Source: Adineta vaga
Taxonomy: Eukaryota; Animalia; Rotifera
Direction: 5' to 3'
Assembly (NCBI GenBank): GCA_021613535.1
Contig: CP075497.1
Location: 1,240,001 to 1,304,000, forward strand
DNA: 64,000 bases
In this document: in pieces, positions 54,583-64,000 of the stretch
Layout of the letters: every line of letters starts with the position of its first letter
Position numbering within the stretch: the stretch's first letter is position 1
Notes under the pieces: model-generated
Databases searched by the model: none
Told to the model about the DNA's origin: nothing
What the model saw: the letters and a program-made list of their open reading frames with translations, nothing else
Program-made: the position numbers and the translations under genes

Positions 54583-57500
54583 ATGAGATTGGTATCTTTA
54601 CCGATTGATGATACATTTCTCTTGAATAAATTAGTTCTTCTCGGTTGGTTCTCATTAATTTTTCGACCTCGACATCAAATAACTCGTTATCTTGTTAGTT
54701 TTCCATTAATTGTCTTTACAATTCGATGTTTAATAACATTTATTCATTTATTTATTCAAGAAAAATCCAAAGAAGGTTCATTAAAATTCTCGAATTTGAT
54801 AAATATTTATTATGATGCATTTTATATTGTTGCAAGTTTAAGTCATTTTCGTGTAACTGAATTATGGTTAGGTCTTTGGATGGTTAAAGATTTTAATCGT
54901 CGATATACATGTGCATATAATGTTAAATTAAACAATGATGGAAGTATTTCAACTTATAATTATTGGTCAGAAGAAAATATTGTTTTTACAATAATTCTTA
55001 TTTTGACTTATTTTCTTTCACCAATTGGTTTAATTGTTTATTTTTTATTAACAAAAACGTATTTTTATCGATTTAGTTCTCGTCAAACAATTTATTGGAA
55101 AAATCCTCAAAATTTAAAAATAAAAAAAACTGTTTCATCAATTGATTATGAATTTTATTCAATAAGAAATATTCGTTTTGGTGATTCATTTCCATCTCAT
55201 CTACGAAAATGTTATCGATTTATTCGAGGAATAATTGGAATTCTTTGTAGTTTAATTATATTTCTATTCTATCTTTTCTATATTATTTATTGTTCAATAT
55301 TTCATCGTCAAAAATCATCAAATGATTTTGATAAAACTCTTCGATGGCCACCTTCATCTGTTCGATCACATACAGTTAAATCTTGTTGGAAATCTCTAAT
55401 AACACCTGAAGAAAAACGAAATTGGTTATGGAAATTAAAATCTTATTGGTTACAAATCTGTACTTTGATTCTATTTGGGCCAAATGGTGAAAAACCATTG
55501 AATCTTTTTCGTGCAATGCAAAATGATTTTTCATTAAATTTAAATAAAAATGATACAAATGGTTTCTTTCCATTTGGTGATGGAATTGGTGTTAGTAAAC
55601 ATAAATATGTCAAAGAATATTTAGAAAGTCGTCATCCACTTATTATAAAAGATTTTCAAACAGTTGGGTGGTCAGTTTCAAGTTCTTTAATCAAATTTTC
55701 ACAATTTATTCATATATTTTATCCTAATCAAAATGAACCCATCGCTGATCGTCATTTACTAAGTCGAAAAATTGTTCATCAATGGTTAGCATCATTTCCT
55801 CATCAATTATCAAATGAAACATTAACAGAAACATATCAACATCTATGTCATATTGTTCCTCGTCAACCAAATAATGAACCGAATAAAGATTCTATTTATT
55901 TAGCTGTTGGTGAAACAATTTTCTATTTAGCAACTGGTGGTTCATTAACACGTGATGAACGTGATGCTTATTTAGATTGTGTTAAAAATCCTTCGACATT
56001 TCTACCTGATTGGTTTAATTTTTTTATTGCAGGAAATTATTTAGAAAATAAAGGTTATGAAAGTCTTAATAAATTTCAAGGAGCATTTGCACGACATATT
56101 CACGGACCTGCTATACAAGCTGCATTTCAAGTTGCTGAAGGTCATATGTCGAAAAGTGAAGTAGTAAGATTAATTACAAGTGCTTTTTGTATGGGTGCTG
56201 CACCGGGACCAGCGAAACTTACAGCAAATATTATTCATCGATTATGGTCAGATCAATCAATGGAAATTTATTCAGAAAAAGAGAAAATGATTGATTTATT
56301 TCATGAAAATCCTCGAAATTTTATTTTAGAATCTGCTCGTATGAATTCGGTTTTACCAATGGTTAGTTTAATTTCAAATTCAAAGATTAATAATGATATT
56401 AAAACACATACTGGTTATGATATTCCATTAAATACACGAATTCATTGTTCTCTTCCTGATGCTAATCATGATCCAGAAGAATTTATTTTACCAAATGAAT
56501 TTAATCCCAAACGTTCATCTCTAGAATTTGATAAAATTATGACATGGAATGGATCAATTGGTGGAATTAATCAAGAAAATGAAGATTTAAGACCACCTCG
56601 TTATTGTCCTGGTCATCATCTATCTTTAAAAGTAATGGAATTTTTAGCTTTTAGATTTGCACCAATTGTTACTTGGAGAAAAGAAAACTTGTTATCAAAG
56701 AATGAAATCTCATCGTTTGATAATGATAATGACGAATCTGAAATAGTTATTTCAATACGTGAATTAAATACACGTTATCATTTAGATGATAAAACAAATA
56801 ATTATTATTTGTCAAGTCTTGATGGTTATACAAGATTAATAATGTTTCTATCGAAATTAGCTTTACAAGGATGGAATAAAAAACCACCACGTGCAATTGA
56901 TATTGGTGAACCATCAAATTTACCAACACAAGATCTTCATATAAAACGTGTTGATGGTGCAAGATATGTTGCATCATGGGATGAAGATGATCATAATGAT
57001 TGGCATTTTCATACAAAATTTGTGAATAAAATTTTAAATTCAAGATCTTGGCCATTAGAAGATCATGAATTACAATTTAATTCTATTGATGATATGATTG
57101 CATGGAGATGGAAACATTTTCCAACAATGCCACCAGCAAATAATCCATTTTGGTTCGGTGATAGTGATGAATTAATGAGTCATTTTGCTTTCTATGGTCT
57201 TGCTTGTCATCATACAAGAAAATTAAATTTAAATGAAGAAAATATGGAATTACATTGTGCAACATTAACACATCCTATACTTAAAATAGCTTCATATGTT
57301 AATGATATGACTGATCTTTCATTGTTTTCTGTTCGTCAACCATTTGATCGTTATGGTGCTGCTGCTTATTTTGATAATCAACGTCGTTTAATTGGTATTT
57401 ATTTATCTCATCGTAATCAATTAATAATTCCAATAAAAGATTCTCGAAGTATTGATAAAGATTGGATTTATGCTAAATATATGTGGAGATCATCAGCATT

Positions 57501-58578
57501 AGCAATGGTTACAATACGTGATCATTTATTAACAACACATTTTATTGAAGCAAATACATTAACACATATTTCAAGAGAATTTCTTCCAACAACACATCCA
57601 TTACGAACATTTCTTAAACCATTTACTTATCGTACAGTAACAATAAATTATTCGGCAGCAACATCATTAATTAATCAAGGTGGTCTTTGTCATCGTATTT
57701 GGGCTTTTGAACATGATGAATTTCTTAAACTTTGTGATTATGTTATTGCTCATTATCGTTTTCGTATTATGCCAAATTGGATTCATCGAAGTATGAAATT
57801 AGAAAATCAAAAACTTTGTTCAACTCCTTGTCAAGAAGATAAAAAATGTCCTAAATGTGGTTATAATTCAAATGATTCAAATCATGAAGAAAATTCCAAA
57901 GAATTAACTAAAGAACAATTAGAATGGATTAAATATTATCCAATTTCAGATGATTTACCTTCATATTGGAAAATTGTTCGAAATTATGTGAGAAGATTTT
58001 TTGAAATTGAATATGGAAAAGAAGATTTAGAAAATGATGATGAAATGACAACTAAAAGAATATTTATGAACGAACCATATGAACAAAGATTTATTGCTGA
58101 ATTATGTAAACCATTAGGATTAAATGGAATTCCTAATCGTGCTCGTTTAATTGATGTTTTAACACAATTAATTTGTTCTTGCACTGGAATTCATGAACAT
58201 GTTGGACATGTTGGTGATTATTTATATGATCCAAATTTTATCGGAACAAAAATACGAAGAGATTTATCATCTTTATTACCTTCTGTTCAAAATTATAGTT
58301 TAATGCTTGTTTTAACTGTTCTAACTGCGATGAAAATGCCTGGATTAATGGAAGATTGGAGTCATCTTATTCCAAGAATTGATTCGGATAATCAAATAAA
58401 TAAATTTTCATTAATTAAAAGTGAACAAGAAGTTCAATCACATCTTGATAATTATTATTTATTTAAATATCAATTAAATCAACGTTCTATTCAAATTGAT
58501 CAAAGACATCAAACATCAAATACATTTCCATTTCAATCATTTAATCCAAGATTTATGGAATGTTCTGTTTCAGTTTAA
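54583..58578 (+). CDS. Intronless 1331-aa fusion: ABA4/DUF4281-like membrane domain, CYP74-like cytochrome P450, lipoxygenase
   Basis: aa 1-160: WFSLIFRPRHQITR, HFRVTELWLGLWMVKD, LTYFLSPIGLIVY. P450: ESAR (ExxR, aa 583), ANHDPEEF..PNEFNPKR, WNG-x16-PRYCPG (heme Cys675). LOX: WIYAK, H981-x4-H986, HPLRTFLKP, TINYSA, H1204, C-terminal SVSV. Confidence 0.85.
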   Translation: MRLVSLPIDDTFLLNKLVLLGWFSLIFRPRHQITRYLVSFPLIVFTIRCLITFIHLFIQEKSKEGSLKFSNLINIYYDAFYIVASLSHFRVTELWLGLWMVKDFNRRYTCAYNVKLNNDGSISTYNYWSEENIVFTIILILTYFLSPIGLIVYFLLTKTYFYRFSSRQTIYWKNPQNLKIKKTVSSIDYEFYSIRNIRFGDSFPSHLRKCYRFIRGIIGILCSLIIFLFYLFYIIYCSIFHRQKSSNDFDKTLRWPPSSVRSHTVKSCWKSLITPEEKRNWLWKLKSYWLQICTLILFGPNGEKPLNLFRAMQNDFSLNLNKNDTNGFFPFGDGIGVSKHKYVKEYLESRHPLIIKDFQTVGWSVSSSLIKFSQFIHIFYPNQNEPIADRHLLSRKIVHQWLASFPHQLSNETLTETYQHLCHIVPRQPNNEPNKDSIYLAVGETIFYLATGGSLTRDERDAYLDCVKNPSTFLPDWFNFFIAGNYLENKGYESLNKFQGAFARHIHGPAIQAAFQVAEGHMSKSEVVRLITSAFCMGAAPGPAKLTANIIHRLWSDQSMEIYSEKEKMIDLFHENPRNFILESARMNSVLPMVSLISNSKINNDIKTHTGYDIPLNTRIHCSLPDANHDPEEFILPNEFNPKRSSLEFDKIMTWNGSIGGINQENEDLRPPRYCPGHHLSLKVMEFLAFRFAPIVTWRKENLLSKNEISSFDNDNDESEIVISIRELNTRYHLDDKTNNYYLSSLDGYTRLIMFLSKLALQGWNKKPPRAIDIGEPSNLPTQDLHIKRVDGARYVASWDEDDHNDWHFHTKFVNKILNSRSWPLEDHELQFNSIDDMIAWRWKHFPTMPPANNPFWFGDSDELMSHFAFYGLACHHTRKLNLNEENMELHCATLTHPILKIASYVNDMTDLSLFSVRQPFDRYGAAAYFDNQRRLIGIYLSHRNQLIIPIKDSRSIDKDWIYAKYMWRSSALAMVTIRDHLLTTHFIEANTLTHISREFLPTTHPLRTFLKPFTYRTVTINYSAATSLINQGGLCHRIWAFEHDEFLKLCDYVIAHYRFRIMPNWIHRSMKLENQKLCSTPCQEDKKCPKCGYNSNDSNHEENSKELTKEQLEWIKYYPISDDLPSYWKIVRNYVRRFFEIEYGKEDLENDDEMTTKRIFMNEPYEQRFIAELCKPLGLNGIPNRARLIDVLTQLICSCTGIHEHVGHVGDYLYDPNFIGTKIRRDLSSLLPSVQNYSLMLVLTVLTAMKMPGLMEDWSHLIPRIDSDNQINKFSLIKSEQEVQSHLDNYYLFKYQLNQRSIQIDQRHQTSNTFPFQSFNPRFMECSVSV

Positions 58579-58705
58579 TTGTACTTCTATTTACTTTCTT
58601 TTCTTTTCTTTTTTTTTTATCTTTTATGTAACTTGCTTATCTTAGAAATATAAAAAGAAAGATTTTATCATAAAGAGACTCAAGTTTAAATAAAGACAAG
58701 GTAAG

Positions 58706-60346
58706 ATGGATCTATTAATTGATAATATAACAAGTACAACGATACTTCCTCCAACTCAACCCTATCCCATATGGGTTGGTTATTTGTCTGTAATTATATC
58801 AGTTTTATTTTTTGGTTCAAATTTTGTTCCTGCCGCGAAGTTCCCAATTGGTGATGGAGTTTCATTCCAATTCTTTTTATGTTGTGGAATTTGGTTTACT
58901 GGTGTTATTATTAATTTAATTCTTGATAATCCACCTTTTTATCCATTAGTTATTATTGGAGGAGTTTTATGGACAACAGGGAATGTTTTATCGATGTTTG
59001 TTATACCAATAAATGGACTTGGTTTATCAATGTTATTGTGGGGTACATCGAATCTATTTATAGGTATGATTTTAAATTTTGAAGATAAAGAACACTGCAG
59101 GATAAGATCGCAAAACTGTTATCTTCTCAATATTCATACTTTATAGACTGAGGAGATAGAACATGGAATTCTGCACGTTGTTATGCATTTGTTTTGGTTT
59201 GATTGAAATGAAAAAAAAATTCTTAACAATGAAATAGTGCACGACCTTAGTAGCAGTTTTAAGTGTTGAGGATACTCTTTGTGTACCTGTAATTTTTCCA
59301 TTTTAGAACGAAATGAACATCAGAATCAACATAAAAAATGATTCCACAATATACACATCTTATTATTAAGGGGACCATAGGGGTAGTTTTATTAAGAGAA
59401 TGGCTAAGGAGAAGCACAGGGCAGGTTTTGATGGTAAAAGATTCCTAATCAGATGTAAATATATATTATGGAGTCATTTTTTATGTTGATTCTGATTATG
59501 ATGTTCATTTCAACCAATTGAGAATAAATACATAAAAAGGTGCAGAATTCCATGTTCAATCTCCTCAGTCTATAGAGTATGAATATTGAGAAGGTGAGAA
59601 ATTTGCGATCTTATCCCGCAGTATCTTTTGCTTTTTAAAACAAAGGATGGGCAAGCGGACATTTTGGCTGGTTTGGATTAAAATCTGAAGGAGTTGAAGT
59701 ACCGATATTTAATTATCTTGGTGTATCAATTGCAGTCCTTAGTGGTTTAATATTTCTTGGAATACGTAGTCAACAAAATCAATCTTTAGAAGAAGATAAT
59801 TTATCTTCTCAATTAATTAATTCAAATTCGGATGAAAAAAGTCAATTATCAAAACAAAATCGAATGCGTCTTTTAGGATGTTTATTAGCAATTATAAGTG
59901 GAGTTTTATTTGGTTTAGTTTTTACTCCTTCAACATATATTCAAGATCATCATGAGAAATATCCATTATCAACTAAAAATGGTCTTCATTATGTTTTTTC
60001 AATGTATACAGGAATTCTATTTGCATCTTTCTTTTATTTTATGATTTATATCATATTTAAAAAGAATCAACCATATATATCAATTCAAAGTATATTTCCG
60101 GCGTTTTTATCGGGAATTATGTGGGGAATTGCACAAGCTGGATTTATTCTTGCTAATAGTATTTTAAGTCAAGCTATTTCATTTCCATTAATATCAATTG
60201 GACCAGGAACACTAGCAGCACTTTGGTCAATTTTATATCTAAAAGATATTCGAGGTAAAAGAAATTATCTTATCTTTACTATTGGAACAGTCATTCGAAT
60301 TATTGCTGCTATTTTGATTATTTTATCCAAACCAATTTCAAATTAA
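58706..60346 (+). CDS. TMEM144: Transmembrane protein 144 (DMT-superfamily sugar transporter-like), 2 exons
   Basis: FFGSNFVP, GDGVSFQ, GGVLWTTGN, GWASGHFGWFG across intron 59064-59645, PAFLSGIMWGIAQ, GPG. Confidence 0.9.
59093..59623. mobile_element. MITE with long TIRs inside the TMEM144 intron
   Basis: About 85-bp imperfect TIRs (actgcaggataagatcgcaaa...gaacatggaattctgcac / gtgcagaattccatgttc...tttgcgatcttatcccgcagt) plus an internal inverted pair at about 59316-59347 / 59469-59506. Confidence 0.8.
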
Positions 60347-60547
60347 AATATAAAAGAAAAGACAAACTTGTAGTTTAGAAATGAAGATTAATTGATTATT
60401 TTTTTTTCAAATGGTAATATAACATTTGATTTGAATATGTTAAGAAAAAATATTTTATCGATTAAAATCGATGAATGTCATTTTGATATTTTCTTATCAA
60501 ATAAAACTAGATAAAACAAGAAGAAATTCATTTGATACAACACAAAG

Positions 60548-61480
60548 ATGTCATTAACAAATCATATTAATGATATGTAAGTTAAAATCGATTGAAATTT
60601 TAAAAAAATATTTCATTTTCTTAGTGGAACAAGTCCATTATATGTATTTGATACAATATTTTCAAATAAAAAAGAAAAACTTTCCAATGAACAACAATGT
60701 ATTGGTGCTGTTAGTTTATAATTCTTGTTGTTTCAATAAAATATGCGATTTTTATTTTATGTGCTTTATTAACTGGTAAATCTTTTGTTTTTTAAATAAG
60801 AATTTTTTCTTTTTCTAAAATTCAAAAACAAAAGGTGATGGAGCATTAACACCAGCAGTAAGTGTTTGATCAGCTGTTGAAGGATTAGCTTTAAATGCAC
60901 CTAATTTACATAAATAGGTTGTACCAATAACTGTTCTTGTTATATTTTCATTATTCTTTTGTCAACAATGGGGAACATCAAAAATACGTTTGAAATTAAA
61001 TTTGTTTTTTCTCCAAGAAATATATTTGGTCCATTAATGTTAATCTGGTTTTGTTCATTATTTTCTGTTGGAATTCGGCGAACAAGATTAAAAACAAGGA
61101 TTTTATCATATTGGTTCGATTGATCTTTTCTTTCTAGGTGGAGTCTTTCTATCAGTAACTGGAAGTGAAGCTTTATTTGCTGGTTTAGGTTATTATTAGA
61201 TATTTGATTTGAATTATTTCTTGGTTTTTACTTCAAAACTAAACGGTCATATTATGTTTATGGCCGGTTCAAACAAGTTAGTCTTTAGTTGTTTTTCCAC
61301 CAGTTGTTGTTAATTATTTGGGTCAAGGTGTACTTCTTATTCATCATCTTGAATCCGTATATTTAAAACGAAGAAATTTTCAATAATATTAAATTTATTT
61401 TCTTTATAAAAATAGATTTTATCGTTCATTACCAGAATGATTTATTGGCCAATGGTTATTTTAGCAACAATAGCAACAAA
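60548..61480 (+). pseudogene. kup: KUP/HAK/KT potassium transporter pseudogene (intron-containing, truncated)
   Basis: DI|GTSPLYV, GDGALTPAVSV*SAVEGL, QQWGTSKI, FGPLMLIWF, GGVFLSVTGSEALFA, NYLGQG, PE*FYWPMVILATIAT; at least 3 in-frame stops and no C-terminal half. Confidence 0.85.
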
Positions 61481-61926
61481 TTTATTTTATTTTGTTTTTG
61501 AATTAAAATAAAATAATCAAATTATAACAGCGACATTAAATGATTTACCAATGTGATTTGGTTTTTATTCTCAAAGACAAAAATCAATTTTTATTGTTAA
61601 TTATCAACATTTTCATATTCAAAGTAAATATTTTCTTTTGTAGAACTCACATCTATTTTTCTAAGAAAAATTATTTAGTTATATTTCAAATTAAAAACTT
61701 TAACGTCTCGATAAAATTCTTACGTAATTAGGGCGAGTGTGGGTTAGACTATACTCTTAATCTACACCCATTCCAATTCCATTATATGAAAATCAAATAA
61801 CATTTTTTTATTTCCAATCAAACAATATTAATACAAAAAAGTCTTATTCAAAGAGAATCGATTTTAATTAAAATAAATTCTAAAAATACAATTCACATTG
61901 GAATTATTGCTGAACTTTAATTTTTT

Positions 61927-63526
61927 TTATAAAGTTTCTTCTAATTTTGAAATTTGATTAAAATTTGATCTTCGATTTAGAGAAGGATTTATTGTTGTTG
62001 GTACAAGAGATAATCTTCTTTGTTCTTGTTGAATATGATGTGAAACAGAACCGCGAACAATTGTTTGAATTTGTTGTTCAGTTAAAGGTTCACCAATAAT
62101 TGAATTTCTCCATTCATAAGCTTGTTCACCATGTTCTTCTTCATCTAAACCCATTTCTTCATCAAATGAACCTTTTAATCCAACTAATTTATCAATTAAT
62201 TTTAATAAAATAATTGTTATTATTCCTGACCATAAACCAGTTATAACAACAGCCATTGATTGAACACCAAGTAAATATGGACTATGTGTACCAAAGAATA
62301 ATCCATCACGACCATCTTCATTAAATGATTTTTGACCAAAAAATCCAATTGCTATTGAACCAACAACACCTGTTATTCCATGAACACTTGAAACATCTAA
62401 ATAAAAATAGATTTATTTCTTTTTTCTTTTTCTTTTTCTCTTTACCGAGTGCATCATCAATACGTAATTTATGTTTAATTAAAAATATACTTGAATAAGA
62501 AGTAATACCTAAAATAACTCCAAGAACCGCTCCGTATTGTGGATCAATATAACCCGAAGCAGGTGTTATACCAGCTAAACCAGCAATAACACCATTAAGA
62601 ACAGCTGTAGCTGATGGTTTATGTCTTATCCAAGATATAATTAGCCAAATAACTCCACTTGTCACAGCTGATCTTTGTGTAGCAACAACAGTTGAAACAG
62701 CTAATGAACCACTTTGTAAAGCACTACCCGCATTAAAACCAAACCATGCTGTCCATAATAAAGCGCCACCAAGTGCTGCTAATGGTAAATTTGATGGAGG
62801 AAATTCTCCATTATATTTATCGAAGTCTTTTCTTTGTCCTAAAACAATTCCACAAATTAAAGCAGAAACACCCGATGTTGTATGAATAACCATTCCACCT
62901 GCAAAATCCTTTTTTATTCGAAATTGAAAATAAATTTATTTATATATTTGACAAATATTTTACTTGAACTCCAAAATTTTTATTTAACCATCCATCTCCC
63001 CAAATCCAATGTGCAACTGGATAATAAATCAATAATTCCCAACCAATAATAAATAAAACAAATGCTTTATAACGAAGTCTTTCAGCAAATGCTCCTGTTA
63101 TTAATAAAGGTGAAATAGCTGCAAACATCATTTCAAAAAACCCAAATAAAGCTGCAGGAATATTTGGTGAATGTCTACTACAATCTGTATATGGAACATC
63201 TAACATTAATATATTATTTAAACCTCCGATAACTCCACCTACTGAATGTCCAAATACTAATGTATAACCAATTAAATGCCACATAACTGATAAAATAGAT
63301 GCACCACCAATAATTTGTGTGACTAATGAAACTGTATTGATACTTTTTAATAAACCGGCTTAAGAAGATAAAAATAGAAAGAAACAAATCTTTTGAAAAT
63401 TCAAAAATAAAAACCTTCAAAAAAAGCTAAAGCTGGCATCATTGATAAAACTAATATTGAGGAAATTAAAACCCATGTTGTATCACCTGTATTTATACAA
63501 CTAATTGTTTCATTTGGACTTAACAT
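61927..63526 (-). CDS. amt: Ammonium transporter (Amt/AmtB-type), 4 exons
   Basis: GDTTWVL, FEMMFA, GAFAER, YYPVAHWIWG, DFAGGMVIH, WFGFNAGS, GLAGITPASG, DDALDVSSVHG (both pore His present). Confidence 0.92.
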
Positions 63527-63910
63527 TTTTATTTTACATGAAATAAAATAAAAAGATTTCTTTTTTTTTCAGATATTTATTTATTTATTTATTCTTATCT
63601 TATCATTTTGTTTATTTCAATGAAGAAAAAAAAACACATACACAGACGCAACGTTATTTAATTTATAAATTTAAAAAAAAGAGAAGGAAAAAAATGTCCT
63701 CGAAGTCTTTGCTTTATCTTATCATTTTTAAGACAAGATTGTTCTCGTCGTTAGGAAATGAGAAGAGGAAAAGAATTTTCCAGAATTTCTTTTTCATCAA
63801 TCTGAACCAATGGAAAAAAAAGAAAATGCCATCGTCAATCTCGAGTTCATCTCATTCTTTCCTCTTTTTTTTTCTTCTTCGACAGAACATATCTTTAACC
63901 TTCTCAAAAA

Positions 63911-63977
63911 ATGGGTGGAAATAGCTCGAAAAAACCGTTTACTGAATGGGATTTAATTGAATTTAGTAATATAACTG
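63911..63977 (+). CDS. First coding exon of a probably N-myristoylated protein (neuronal calcium sensor-like N-terminus); continues beyond the window
   Basis: MGGNSSKKPFTEWDLIEFSNIT followed by a GT donor; MGxxxS motif. Confidence 0.4.
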
Positions 63978-64000
63978 GTAAAGATATGAATTGTGAGATG

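Overview
AT-rich eukaryotic DNA with many short (about 50-70 nt) GT-AG introns. The gene families (orphan GPCRs, ART-MORN, RNI-like LRR, divergent nuclear receptor, several non-metazoan-type genes) and the TGTGGG/TGAGGG motifs point to a bdelloid rotifer; this is an inference from sequence character only. From left to right: a 39-aa-repeat beta-propeller protein running off the left edge, a spliced type-I membrane protein, two hAT-type MITEs with 8-bp TSDs, an orphan GPCR, a small Gly/Ser hydrophilin-like gene and a nuclear receptor. About 16-41 kb is rich in pseudogenes and TE remnants, including a short hammerhead-ribozyme-bearing Penelope-like insertion; it also holds a second hydrophilin-like gene, an intact orphan GPCR and an aminergic receptor. 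The gene-dense right part has a frameshifted GPCR, a giant Cys-rich beta-solenoid protein, a plant/fungal-type pathogen-related protein, a MAP2K, LRRC43, TMEM144, a KUP pseudogene and an Amt transporter. The standout is an intronless 1331-aa ORF (54583-58578) that appears to fuse an ABA4/DUF4281-like membrane domain, a CYP74-like P450 and a lipoxygenase, i.e. a candidate single-chain oxylipin pathway. All domain calls come from motif recognition by eye; no database search was run.
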